Both the position numbers and the translations under genes were made by a program. This document shows, one piece after another, positions 9,701 to 18,493 of a DNA stretch of 64,000 nt. The notes below the pieces were generated by a model. That model was not told the DNA's origin. It saw only the letters and a program-made list of their open reading frames with translations, and made no database searches. The stretch is from Gemmatimonadota bacterium. Its GTDB lineage: Bacteria > Gemmatimonadota > Gemmatimonadetes > Palauibacterales > Palauibacteraceae. Position 1 is the stretch's first letter. The number at the start of each line of letters is the position of its first letter. The DNA lies in assembly GCA_039586095.1 (NCBI GenBank), contig JBDHLB010000015.1:2349-66348 (forward strand). Reading direction: 5' to 3'.

Positions 9701-10141
9701 GAGCGCGGCACGGATGGCCCGCTCTTCCTCGTTTTCATACGCGACGGGAGCCCCGAACAGGGCCATGACGCAGTCGCCGATGAACTTGTCGACGAAGCCA
9801 CCCCAGCGCGTCACGCTCTCGCACAATGGATCGAGACAGCGGGCCACGAACTGGCGAACGCGCTCCGGATCCAGCTGTTCGGTGAGCGAGGTAAAGCCCG
9901 ACAGGTCGGCGAAGAGGACGGTGATGATCCTGCGGTCCGCCTCCGCCACGGTGCCCAGCTCGGCACCACAGTCTGCGCAGAAGCGCGACCGGACCGGATT
10001 CCACGTCTGACACGCCGGGCATGCCGCCCCGTGTACCTCCGACAGCGGCGCGCCACACGCAGGACAGTAACGAGCACGCCGGGGGGCACCGGCGCCGCAC
10101 GCCGAGCAGCTCGCAGATCGCTCCCGATTCAGACGCTGCAT
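6791..10141 (-). CDS. Class III adenylate/guanylate cyclase with zinc ribbons, AAA/STAND ATPase and TPR repeats
   Basis: Four CxxC; LFADLSGFT, DKFIGDCVMALFG, GDTVNVASRL; Walker A GPPGIGKS, LEDLHWAD, GNPLFLEE; helical repeats at the C-terminus. Confidence 0.9.
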   Translation of the reverse strand: MQRLNRERSASCSACGAGAPRRARYCPACGAPLSEVHGAACPACQTWNPVRSRFCADCGAELGTVAEADRRIITVLFADLSGFTSLTEQLDPERVRQFVARCLDPLCESVTRWGGFVDKFIGDCVMALFGAPVAYENEEERAIRAALDMHTSLHRWWQEAGAEFAESGGPLQLRIGINTGPVVTGVFSGGGARNYTAVGDTVNVASRLQTACEPGDILVGSTTFEPTRHIFEFGDEQTLRVRGKQAPVVARKVMGLRPERGRQRGFGGRRTPFIGRDAELGTLRAHWTGVQGGDVRYCLVHGPPGIGKSRLVLELLESERVPPEHVTFGRSYPYASSTPWETIAELLRNLHGELADREPAEVAQSLVERAGLSWSQEEQAALAVALGSPASGLPELVGYGSPEIRARVADAAVRALDIGAAEPRILVLEDLHWADQATLDLLASLPARLPRSPVFLVLVTRTPLPSETRLARLLESLPEQMQVPPLSRDESRAFIDAVLGEHGLPAPFVGRTLEHAEGNPLFLEEMLKSLADRGLIHSEDGVWQATGDLSGVEIPDTVESLLSTRIDGLSSSTKRVLQYASIVGRHFWSGVLADVLAQQPVDAELEELLQGEIVKSLPESVVDGEREYRFENLLLQEVAYQGLLRGLRAELHGGVARWLERQLPARSSESDELIAFHYERSTHRPLAAPYLERAAMRARAQGALPDALDLLERAYAASQEDDERFALLCITEDVVAAMGDSERWEEVVKELRKLADLRGDPESRAEAGYRYARALLARGKLAAAKREGARALELVREADGSGPLGALHSLLGRVAHLWGDYPTARSHYEAALPLHQAAGDRWAELELLDRLGLVEVDLDDFWRSLDYFDEVLQRAREHGHRMMELRVLAHRATALRWLGLYESAEASAREALELAGQLDTVSAAATGEMTLGFVLAAAGKSEEARTLLLSAAERAHEAGRPALEARTWLSLSELAEGEEAERWAAKARELSARTGLVHIDILARARQTELALERGDTDGADRLSMTALRRMRRHGSIQGPEEAVVWARARAVAALGRAEEAESLLEEARDIVREKAYRIPDPEARRHFLTVDPNPEILGVGAPVKPEKTPTAVDSV

Positions 10142-10332
10142 CTGGAGCGCTCCTCAAGGCCGGCGGCGGGTGGCTGGAGTGACGATACGGTGCGCATGCA
10201 TTCACGATATCGTCCAGCCACTGGATCGTCACTCCCTCGATGCCTACTTCGCATTCGTGCCGGTGGTATGCAGAGTCCTCCAAGCTCAAACCGGGCGTGA
10301 CGCGAGCCGGTCGCGTGGTGTAGCTTCGCTCC

Positions 10333-11793
10333 GTGGCAGCGACGAAGGGGCTGAACGGAAGGGAAAGACGAGTGTCAGACATCGCTTCTCTTCACCGCGT
10401 CCTTCCGACGCGCGTGATCGTTGGACTGGCGCTGGTGCTGGGCTGCGGGCAGCCTGTCGACCGGACGCACGATACCCCGCCTGCCGGGCTCCGCTCAGAG
10501 GCGGCCGCCCGCCTCGCGGACCACGTGGTGCTGATCTCGATCGACGGACTGCGGCCCGAGTTCTACCTGGAGGACCACCGGCCCACACCCAACCTGCAGC
10601 AGATGCGGCGCGACGGAGCCCATGCCCGACAGGTGCGGACCGTGTTCCCCAGCGTCACGTATCCGACGCATACCACGATGATCACGGGCGCGATGCCAGC
10701 GCGTCACGGGATCCTGCAGAACGAGCCGTTCGAGCCCGAAGGTCCGACGGGCCGCTGGTACTGGGAGGCCGACTCGATCCGTGTGCCCACGCTGTGGGAC
10801 GCCGTTCGGGAGGCCGGGGGCACCACGGCCGCGGTGAGCTGGCCGGTCAGCGTGGGTGCTCCGGTGGACTGGCTGCTTCCAGAGATCTGGCCTCTTGATC
10901 GCGAGGTCGACCCGATCGAGCCCATCCGTCGTCTGACTCGACCGCCGGGACTGTTCGAAGAGCTGGAGCGCGAGGCGACCGGCCGGCTGACCGGCGACAA
11001 CTTCACGAACCTGCACATTACACGGGACGATCGCGTCGGGGCGATCGGGGCCTACCTGCTCGAGCGCTACCAGCCGACCCTCACCGCCGTGCACCTGATC
11101 AGCGTCGACCACTTCCAACACGATGAGGGGAGAGAGCACGATCTCGTGGCCCGGGCTCTCGGCGCGGCGGACCGCGCGGTCGGCCAGATCCGGGAGGCGG
11201 CGGAGCGCGCTGGAATTTTGGATCGAACCGCCTTCGTGATCACGGGTGACCACGGTTTCGTGAGCGTGGACACCCGGCTCGCGCCCAACGTCTGGTTGGT
11301 CGAGGCGGGACTCCGGGATGCGGCGCCGGATCGTGGGAGCTGGCGCGCTACCTTCCACCGGTCCGGAGGGGCGGCTTTTCTCATCCTGCGCGATGAGGAG
11401 GACAGAGAGGCAGAGGCAATGGTGCGCGAGCTTCTCGAGGCTATTCCGACCCGGCTCGGGGAGCTGTTTCGGGTGGTGGAACGGGACGAGCTGACGCGGA
11501 TCGGTGCCGACCTGCGCGCTCCTTTGGCGCTTACCGCCGCCCCCGGTGTCGCCTTCACGGGCTCGGCCGATGGGCCGCTGCTGCGCCCGGGCTGGGGGGC
11601 CACGCACGGCCATTTTCCGGATGACTACCCGGAGATCTTCACAGGCCTGGTCGCATGGGGCGCGGGCGTGCGAGGTGGTGCGACGCTTCAGCGTATCGGA
11701 ACGGAGGACGTTGCGCCCCTGATCGCGGCGTTGCTCGGGCTGGACTTCGACGCTCCGGACGGAGGGCTTCCCGCCGGTCTGTTGCAGCCCTGA
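10333..11793 (+). CDS. Type I phosphodiesterase / nucleotide pyrophosphatase lipoprotein (alkaline phosphatase superfamily)
   Basis: LISIDGLR, FPSVTYPTHTT, VDHFQH, TGDHG, THG; lipobox VLGC; start may be ~10372. Confidence 0.88.
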   Translation: MAATKGLNGRERRVSDIASLHRVLPTRVIVGLALVLGCGQPVDRTHDTPPAGLRSEAAARLADHVVLISIDGLRPEFYLEDHRPTPNLQQMRRDGAHARQVRTVFPSVTYPTHTTMITGAMPARHGILQNEPFEPEGPTGRWYWEADSIRVPTLWDAVREAGGTTAAVSWPVSVGAPVDWLLPEIWPLDREVDPIEPIRRLTRPPGLFEELEREATGRLTGDNFTNLHITRDDRVGAIGAYLLERYQPTLTAVHLISVDHFQHDEGREHDLVARALGAADRAVGQIREAAERAGILDRTAFVITGDHGFVSVDTRLAPNVWLVEAGLRDAAPDRGSWRATFHRSGGAAFLILRDEEDREAEAMVRELLEAIPTRLGELFRVVERDELTRIGADLRAPLALTAAPGVAFTGSADGPLLRPGWGATHGHFPDDYPEIFTGLVAWGAGVRGGATLQRIGTEDVAPLIAALLGLDFDAPDGGLPAGLLQP

Positions 11794-11901
11794 CCGACCG
11801 CGAAAGCGAGCCTCCCCGAGCCGGTCCAGGGCCTCGTGGTCAGGGAGAGTCCGGTCTGCGCCATGCAAGAGGTGGGGAATCCCCCGCGGCTTGCATGAAG
11901 G

Positions 11902-12717
11902 CTAGCCTGCCAGACGGGCCGCGGGTCCGAAGCGCTCGCGTTCCCCGGGCGGTTGGGCACGCGCCCGGTAGTCCGCGGCCGCCTCTACAAAGGACCGCAT
12001 CAGTCCCCTCGTGCGCCCGTCACGGACCAGCAGCGTCTCCGGGTGCCACTGGACGGCGAGGCAGTAGCCGGTTCCCGGCCGCTCGACGGCCTCCACCAGG
12101 CCATCCGGCGCGTGGGCCACGGCACGAAGGTTTCCTCCCAGTTCGCAGATTCCCTGGTGGTGCATGCTGTTCACCGCAATCCTGGCCGCGCCGTATACCT
12201 GCTTCAGCCGCGAGCCCGACGCGATCTGTATCTCGTGAGCCAGGTAGTCTCGCGCGTGCCCGTCCTCCGGGAAATAATCGTGCTTGATGGATCCGGGCCG
12301 CAGCGCGCGAACGTCCTGATGCAACGACCCGCCCAAAGCCACGTTGATCACCTGCAGACCGCGGCAGGCCCCGAAGATCGGCAGCCCGTCTTCCAGAGCC
12401 CAGCGAATCAGTTGCTGCTCCACCAGGTCTCGCGCCTCGTCCGCCGGCCCGGAGCGCGGGTCGGTCGCCTGCCGGTAGAGGCCCGGAGCGACATCGGCAC
12501 CGCCGGCCAGAAACAGTCCATCAAGGTGCGCATATGTATCACGCAACGCGGCAGGGTCGTCGGTAAGGAGGGGAAGCAGAAACGGGGTGGCCCCGGCCGG
12601 CACCAGCGCTCGCACATACCGTTGAGGCAGCGTCCACGAATCGGGCAGGAGCTCTCCGTCCTGCTCCATCGCCCTCTGCGTTCGGGTCGGTATCCCTACG
12701 ACCGGGCGTGCATTCAT
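11902..12717 (-). CDS. Gamma-glutamyl-gamma-aminobutyrate hydrolase family (peptidase C26, PuuD-like)
   Basis: GGADV, GACRGLQ, VNSMHHQ, VQWHPE (class I glutamine amidotransferase triad). Confidence 0.88.
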   Translation of the reverse strand: MNARPVVGIPTRTQRAMEQDGELLPDSWTLPQRYVRALVPAGATPFLLPLLTDDPAALRDTYAHLDGLFLAGGADVAPGLYRQATDPRSGPADEARDLVEQQLIRWALEDGLPIFGACRGLQVINVALGGSLHQDVRALRPGSIKHDYFPEDGHARDYLAHEIQIASGSRLKQVYGAARIAVNSMHHQGICELGGNLRAVAHAPDGLVEAVERPGTGYCLAVQWHPETLLVRDGRTRGLMRSFVEAAADYRARAQPPGERERFGPAARLAG

Positions 12718-12812
12718 CGACCCCTCATCCCTCACGCTCCCCACAGCGCACGATGTGTCCAGCGTCACTCGGCGCCGGACGGCGTCCCAACCGGTCCCGT
12801 CCCTCTGGTTCG

Positions 12813-12828
12813 CGCAAGCGACGTGCCC
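12813..12828 (-). promoter_or_regulatory. Putative sigma-54 (-24/-12) promoter for the C26 hydrolase
   Basis: Minus strand reads GGGCACGTCGCTTGCG against consensus TGGCACG-N4-TTGCW; ~95 bp upstream of ATG 12717. Confidence 0.5.
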
Positions 12829-12977
12829 GTCCGGGACAAACCGACGCTACGCAACGAGAGCTGGCCCAGGGAGTCCGGAGATGGGCGGCCTTCGATCGCC
12901 CGAGCCGGCGCGCGTCCCGTGGCGTGTGGCGAGAGACTCCGGCCGAACTGCACGATCGGCCGGGCAGAATGAAAGTC

Positions 12978-13010
12978 CGGTAGGGGCCGGGCCAGCGCCG
13001 GCCCCTACCG
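12978..13010 (-). terminator. Stem-loop downstream of gdh
   Basis: Perfect 13-bp inverted repeat CGGTAGGGGCCGG-N7-CCGGCCCCTACCG just after the gdh stop, followed by a short U-rich tract on the minus strand. Confidence 0.6.
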
Positions 13011-13016
13011 ACCGAC

Positions 13017-14417
13017 CTACGGCCAGATGCCGCGCTGCAGGGTGACGTCCGCGACGCGCCGGACCGCCAGGATATAGGCGGCCGTCCGCAGATCCACTGG
13101 TGCGAGCTCAAGCTCCGAGCCGGTTATCTTTCGGGCTCTGGCCTCGATCTCGGGCAGCGACCCGTTGATCTCCTCCTGCTTGTCGATCACGGCGTCGGTG
13201 GCCCTGCGCATCTTTCGCTGCAGCTTCGCGTTCACCTCGCCTTCGTCCCACTGTTCGTTTTCGATGTTCTGGACCCACTCGTAGTAGCTGACCGTCACGC
13301 CACCCGCGTTGGCCAGGATGTCGGGCAGCACCGGGATTCCCTTGCTGAACAGGATCCGGTCGGCGGTCGGTGTCGTCGGTCCGTTGGCTGCTTCGATCAC
13401 GATGCGTGCCCGAACCGCATCGGCGTTGTCGGCCCGAATCTGGTTCTCGAGCGCGGCCGGAATCAGAATGTCGCACTCCAGAGCCATCAGCTCGTCGTTG
13501 TCGATGGTCTCCGTGCCCGCGAGACCGACGACCGATCCGGTCTCGGCCTTATGAGCGATCGCCGCATCCGGGTCCAGCCCGTCCGGTGCGTATACGGCGC
13601 CTCGGGAGTCGCTGACCGCGAGAATCCGGGCCCCGGCTTCCGCGTAGAGCTGCGAGGCGATCGCACCTGCGTTTCCATACCCCTGGACGACGATGGTCGC
13701 TTCCTTGACGGAATCGAGTCCCTCGACGATCCCGCGCGACAGCGCCTGCTGAGTCGCGAAGAGACAGCCCCGGGCCGTAGCCTCGCGGCGGCCGTAAGAG
13801 CCGCCGATGTCCAGCGGCTTCCCGGTCACGACCGGGAGGTTGTTCTGACCCGGATGCATCATGTCGTACGTGTCGTAGATCCACGCCATCGTCCCGGCGT
13901 TCGTGTTCACGTCAGGAGCCGGGATGTCCGTGTGGGGTCCGATGTTGGAGCCGAGCTCGGCGATAAAGCGCCGCGTGATCTTGCGGAGGTCTTCCAGATC
14001 GAGCTGCTTCGGGTCGCAGACGACGCCGCCCTTGGCACCGGCAAACGGGACGCCGAGCACCGCACACTTCCACGTCATCCAGGCAGCCAGCGCTTTGACT
14101 TCGTCCTGCGTGACGTCCGGGTGGTAACGGATGCCGCCCTTGCCCGGTCCCCGTGCCCTGTTGTGGAGGACTCGGTATCCGGTAAAGTTCCGGACGGTTC
14201 CGTCCTGCATCTGAATGGGAAACTCGACGGTCACGACGCGGTCCGGGTGCACGAGCCACTCGATGAGCCCCGACTCCAGTTCGGGGATGTACCGAGCGGC
14301 GTTGTCGAACTGTTGCTCCGCGATGTGAAACGGGTTCAGATCTTCCGTCGATGGTTCTGCGGTGGCGGTTGCAGTGGCAATGCCGCCGCCGACAACCTCG
14401 GTATCGATACTGGTCAT
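13017..14417 (-). CDS. gdhA: Glutamate dehydrogenase (Glu/Leu/Phe/Val dehydrogenase family)
   Basis: GPGKGGIRYHP, GAKGG, DIPAPDVNT, TGKPLDIGGSYGRREATARG, QGYGNAG, EAANGP, PDILANAGGVTVSYYEW. Confidence 0.9.
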   Translation of the reverse strand: MTSIDTEVVGGGIATATATAEPSTEDLNPFHIAEQQFDNAARYIPELESGLIEWLVHPDRVVTVEFPIQMQDGTVRNFTGYRVLHNRARGPGKGGIRYHPDVTQDEVKALAAWMTWKCAVLGVPFAGAKGGVVCDPKQLDLEDLRKITRRFIAELGSNIGPHTDIPAPDVNTNAGTMAWIYDTYDMMHPGQNNLPVVTGKPLDIGGSYGRREATARGCLFATQQALSRGIVEGLDSVKEATIVVQGYGNAGAIASQLYAEAGARILAVSDSRGAVYAPDGLDPDAAIAHKAETGSVVGLAGTETIDNDELMALECDILIPAALENQIRADNADAVRARIVIEAANGPTTPTADRILFSKGIPVLPDILANAGGVTVSYYEWVQNIENEQWDEGEVNAKLQRKMRRATDAVIDKQEEINGSLPEIEARARKITGSELELAPVDLRTAAYILAVRRVADVTLQRGIWP

Positions 14418-14632
14418 GACATTCACATCCGTATTGAAAGCCCGTTGAAAGCTGACACGACACTCGCCCGAATGATGGCCGAAGCCGCGACTCGCGGCGC
14501 GACCGGAGCCCCGTCCGAGACGCCAATGCTTGCCGGCAAGATAACCGCCTCCAAACTCCTGTGGCACGGGGTGCCGGTGTCGCCCGCGGCGAGCCGCCGG
14601 GAGCCTTCGCGGCGCGACGCGAGGTGCGGACC

Positions 14633-15133
14633 ATGAGCGAGCAGGCCGTAATATTCGAACGTCTGGCGGAGGACGCGAAGCCCCCGGAGCGTGCGACGCG
14701 CCATTCGGCCGGGTACGACATCCGGGCCCATCTGGCGTGCGGATCGGTGAAGGTGATCCGAGCAGCCGGTAGGGCGGTCGAAGAAGTCGTTCCCGACCCT
14801 GGGCTCCGTCTCGAACCCGGCGATCGAGCGCTCATTCCGACCGGTTTCAAGGCACGGCTTCCCGAGGGGGTCGAGGGCCAGATCCGCATTCGCTCTTCGG
14901 TTGCCTGGAAGAAGGGGTTGATCGTGCCCAACGCGCCCGGCACCATCGATGCGGATTATCCGGACGAGTGGTTCGTACTGGTGCAGAACGCGTCGACCGC
15001 ACCCCAGACGGTCGCGCACGGCGAACGAATCGCCCAGCTGGTTCTCAACCGCTATGAGCTGCTGCCCTGGTTCGAGGGGGAGGTCGGTGTGAGCTCGGAC
15101 CGGGTCGGGGGGATCGGCAGCACCAACGAATGA
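14633..15133 (+). CDS. dut: dUTP diphosphatase
   Basis: SAGYDI, QIRIRSS, NAPGTIDADY, ERIAQLV, RVGGIGST. Confidence 0.92.
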   Translation: MSEQAVIFERLAEDAKPPERATRHSAGYDIRAHLACGSVKVIRAAGRAVEEVVPDPGLRLEPGDRALIPTGFKARLPEGVEGQIRIRSSVAWKKGLIVPNAPGTIDADYPDEWFVLVQNASTAPQTVAHGERIAQLVLNRYELLPWFEGEVGVSSDRVGGIGSTNE

Positions 15134-15969
15134 CGGCTCACACCATGCAGAAGCGTACCGTGTTCTTCGTATCGGACGAGACCGGGGTCACCGCCGAGAC
15201 GCTCGGCCGCGGTCTGCTGACTCAGTTTGACCGCCTCGACTTCCGTCCCGTGACCGTTCCGTTCGTCTCCACTCCCGAGAAGGCGCGTGAGACTGTGAGG
15301 GCGATCGATCGAGCGGCACAGGAGGACGGCCAGAGGCCGCTCGTCTTCAGCACGCTGGTCCACGATGAGGTGCGGGAGGTGATCGGCGGCGCCAACGGGT
15401 TCTGCGTGGACCTTTTTGATACTTTCATCGAGCCGCTGGAGACGGAGCTCGATCTGCCGTCCGCCCACGCGATCGGGCTCGCACACGGCATGTCGGATAC
15501 GACCACCTACTACCAGCGAATCGAGGCGACCAATTTCGCGCTCGCGCACGACGACGGCGTTCGACCTTGGGAGTACGCGGAATCGGATGTCGTCCTCGTC
15601 GGAGTGTCGCGCTCCGGCAAGACACCGACCTCGCTCTACCTGGCCCTTCAGTACGGGATCTTTGCCGCCAACTCGCCGCTCACCGAGGAGTATTGCAGAG
15701 ATCGCAGACTTCCCGATTCTCTCCTCGGGCACCGCGACAAGCTGTACGGCCTGACCCTCACCTTCGATCGTCTGCTGCAGATCCGGCGAGAACGACTTCC
15801 CGGTACGCGCTACGCGTCGCCGGAGCAGATCCGCTTCGAGCTGGACGCGGCGGCCGAATTGTTCGACAAATACGGAATACCGTGCATCGACACGACGCAG
15901 AGCTCGGTCGAGGAGATCGCGAGCACGATCCTCAACCGGACCGGGCTACAACGTCGATCATGGGGCTAG
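15130..15969 (+). CDS. ppsR: PEP synthase / pyruvate,water dikinase regulatory protein (kinase-pyrophosphorylase, DUF299)
   Basis: VFFVSDETGVTAETLG, FALAHDDG, GVSRSGKTPTSLYLA, SVEEIA; ATGA overlap with dut. Confidence 0.9.
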   Translation: MTAHTMQKRTVFFVSDETGVTAETLGRGLLTQFDRLDFRPVTVPFVSTPEKARETVRAIDRAAQEDGQRPLVFSTLVHDEVREVIGGANGFCVDLFDTFIEPLETELDLPSAHAIGLAHGMSDTTTYYQRIEATNFALAHDDGVRPWEYAESDVVLVGVSRSGKTPTSLYLALQYGIFAANSPLTEEYCRDRRLPDSLLGHRDKLYGLTLTFDRLLQIRRERLPGTRYASPEQIRFELDAAAELFDKYGIPCIDTTQSSVEEIASTILNRTGLQRRSWG

Positions 15970-17276
15970 AGCTGGCTCAATACGATCCCCAGAATGTCGA
16001 CGGCTGCGTCGGCGTCCGCTTCGGAGAACACGAGCGAGGGCCGGAAGCGCACCGAGCGCGGACCGCAAGAGAGGGTCGCGAAGCCGGCCTCCCAACACCG
16101 GGTTCGCAGCGCCGCACGCGCTTCGCGATCAGGCATGTCGAACGCGAGCATGAGGCCGCGGCCGCGCACGTTGCTCACCGCGGAGTGCTCTCTCTGCAGG
16201 CGCAGAAGGCCGTGCCGGAATCGCTCCCCGACACGCGCCGCCTTCTCGACGAGCTCCTCCGCCTCGATGATCTGTAGATAGCGGGCACAGCGGACCATAT
16301 CGACGAGGTTCCCGCCCCACGTCGAATTGATGCGGGAGGAGACGCGAAACACGTTGCCCTCCACTTCGTCGATGCGCCCCGAGGCCATGATCCCGCACAC
16401 CTGCGTCTTCTTGCCGAAGGCCACGATATCGGGGCTCATGCCCATCTGCTGGAATGCCCACATCGAACCCGTGGCACCCATGCCGGTCTGCACTTCGTCG
16501 AACAGAAGGAGGGCGTCGAAACGATCGGCGTACTCCCTCAGCCTCTGCAGGAACTCGGGTCGGAAGTGGTTGTCACCGCCCTCTCCCTGAATCGGCTCGA
16601 TCAGGATTCCGGCGATGCCATGAGGATCGGCGGCAAAGGCCGCTTCGATCTCGCTGCACGCCTCCGCCTCGGCCGCGACGACGGCGTCCTCGTCGAACGG
16701 GAAACGGATCTTCGGATTGGAGACGCGCGGCCAGGCGAACTTCGGGAAATCCGCGATCTTGACAGGTTCCGTGTTCGTGACCGAGAGCGTGTAGCCGCTC
16801 CTGCCGTGGAAGGCCTCACGAAAGTGCAGGATCTTGTCCGCCCCTCCCTCGACGCCGGCCACCCGATTCCGCTTCGCCTTCCAGTCGAACGCGGTCTTCA
16901 TCGCGTTCTCCACCGCCAACGCGCCACCGGCGATGAAGAACAGATGCGGAAACTCGTCGGGCACGGCGATCTGCCGAAACGTGTTCACGAAGGCAGCGAA
17001 CTCCCGGCTGTACACGTCGGAATTCGCCGGATTGGCAACCGCTGCACGGAGGAGAGACTCGCGAAAGCCGGCTTCCTCCATCATCGGGTGATTGTGACCG
17101 ACGGGCAGCGTGGCGAAGTACGTGTAGCAGTCGAGGTACTCCTTGCCGGTCAGCGCATCCACCATCACGGAGCCGCTGGATCTCTCGAGATCGATGACGA
17201 TGTGGAAGCCGTCGACCAAAATGTTGCTCTCCAGAATCGGAAAGACCTGGTCGTCGGGCACGGTGATTTCGGACAT
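15966..17276 (-). CDS. lat: L-lysine 6-transaminase (class III PLP aminotransferase)
   Basis: GALAVENAMKTAFDWK, AFHGRSGYTLS, EPIQGEGGD, DEVQTG, FGKKTQVCG, RINSTWGG. Confidence 0.9.
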   Translation of the reverse strand: MSEITVPDDQVFPILESNILVDGFHIVIDLERSSGSVMVDALTGKEYLDCYTYFATLPVGHNHPMMEEAGFRESLLRAAVANPANSDVYSREFAAFVNTFRQIAVPDEFPHLFFIAGGALAVENAMKTAFDWKAKRNRVAGVEGGADKILHFREAFHGRSGYTLSVTNTEPVKIADFPKFAWPRVSNPKIRFPFDEDAVVAAEAEACSEIEAAFAADPHGIAGILIEPIQGEGGDNHFRPEFLQRLREYADRFDALLLFDEVQTGMGATGSMWAFQQMGMSPDIVAFGKKTQVCGIMASGRIDEVEGNVFRVSSRINSTWGGNLVDMVRCARYLQIIEAEELVEKAARVGERFRHGLLRLQREHSAVSNVRGRGLMLAFDMPDREARAALRTRCWEAGFATLSCGPRSVRFRPSLVFSEADADAAVDILGIVLSQL

Positions 17277-17503
17277 ATTCCTCTCGGCTTTGCCGTTCGA
17301 ATGCATGAATCTCGCGGACCCGGCTACGCTGGCCGCTGCGGTGGGCTCTCGCAAGGCTTCGCGTGGCCCAGACCGGAGGCGCGGGCCGGAGTTGCGCGGA
17401 TCCAGCCGTCTCACGAGTGTGCGAACGCCGGTGAAGGCGCCTCGGTCGCGCCGGCGATCCGTGCGTATCTGGACGACATTTAGGGAGATCTGAGGAGCGC
17501 CCG

Positions 17504-18157
17504 ATGAGCTTGCGATCGAACCTCCGGGCTTTGTTCACCCTGGGGCGTGGGGTCTTCAAGGGCATCACGACCCTGACGGCGGGTGACGACCCCATCGCCT
17601 TCTTTGGCGAGTGGTTTGAGGAGGCGAAGGAGTCGGGGCTCTTTCTGCCGGAGAGCGCGTGTCTGGCCACGGCGAGCCCGGATGGCGTTCCTTCCGGACG
17701 GATGGTGCTGCTCAAGGCCGTCGACGAGCGCGGTTTCGTGTTCTACACCAACTACGAAAGTCGGAAGGGCGAGGAGCTCGCCGCGAACCCCAAGGCCAGC
17801 CTGGTCTTCTACTGGGGGGTGCTGGAGCGGCAGGTTCGTGTCGAAGGCACGGTCGAGAAGGTGAGCACCGAAGAGTCGGAGGCTTACTTCTCGACCCGTC
17901 CGCGCGGCAGCCAGATCGGCGCGTGGGCCTCAGACCAGAGCCGGCCGTTGGAAAGCCGCGAGGCGCTGGAGCGGCGCTTCGAGGAACACGAAGCGCGCTT
18001 TCGAGGCGAAGGGGTCCCTCTCCCTCCCTACTGGGGCGGGTACCGGCTGCGTCCCGACTGGATCGAGTTCTGGCAGGGACGTGCCAACCGGCTGCACGAC
18101 CGCCTTGCATACGGCCGCTCGGACACGGGGTGGACCGTCACCCGTCTCTCCCCCTGA
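17504..18157 (+). CDS. pdxH: Pyridoxine/pyridoxamine 5'-phosphate oxidase
   Basis: [46 protein letters not shown]. Confidence 0.95.
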   Translation: MSLRSNLRALFTLGRGVFKGITTLTAGDDPIAFFGEWFEEAKESGLFLPESACLATASPDGVPSGRMVLLKAVDERGFVFYTNYESRKGEELAANPKASLVFYWGVLERQVRVEGTVEKVSTEESEAYFSTRPRGSQIGAWASDQSRPLESREALERRFEEHEARFRGEGVPLPPYWGGYRLRPDWIEFWQGRANRLHDRLAYGRSDTGWTVTRLSP

Positions 18158-18264
18158 CGCCCCCTGACGCACTGTCCGTTCGCTGCCATGCGCCGCCTCG
18201 GAGCCTATCTTGTAATTTGACGAGCCTTGGAGCACCTGGATGCGACTCGACCGGGGAGCCCACC

Positions 18265-18438
18265 ATGAACGAGACGGACGTCGAACGAGCGCTCTCCCTC
18301 CTCGAAGGGATGCACGGGCTGCTGGAGAGGATCGAGGCGAGGCTGGAGGAGCTGTCGCGAGAGAACGACCTTCAGCGTGAAACGCTGGACACCATGCTCG
18401 TGAACCTGATGGAGCTGGCGGACCGGGTCGCGAAATAG
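18265..18438 (+). CDS. Small coiled-coil hypothetical protein (57 aa)
   Basis: GGGGAG RBS, then MNETDVERALSLLEGMHGLLERIEARLEEL... with heptad leucines. Confidence 0.55.
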   Translation: MNETDVERALSLLEGMHGLLERIEARLEELSRENDLQRETLDTMLVNLMELADRVAK

Positions 18439-18493
18439 CCCGGCGGCATCTTCCTTCCCTTCCGTCGTTTCCTGCGAAGCGGCCGGCGGCCGT

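Noticed and set aside
6791-10141. Anti-phage (Avs/Pycsar/CBASS-like) interpretation of the STAND cyclase and cNMP protein
   Set aside because: The architecture matches the common cyclase-AAA-TPR signalling family; the cNMP protein has no TM or TIR effector and there is no defence-island context
13551-14636. 361-aa plus-strand ORF opposite gdh
   Set aside because: Antisense to a clearly conserved GDH; no independent evidence
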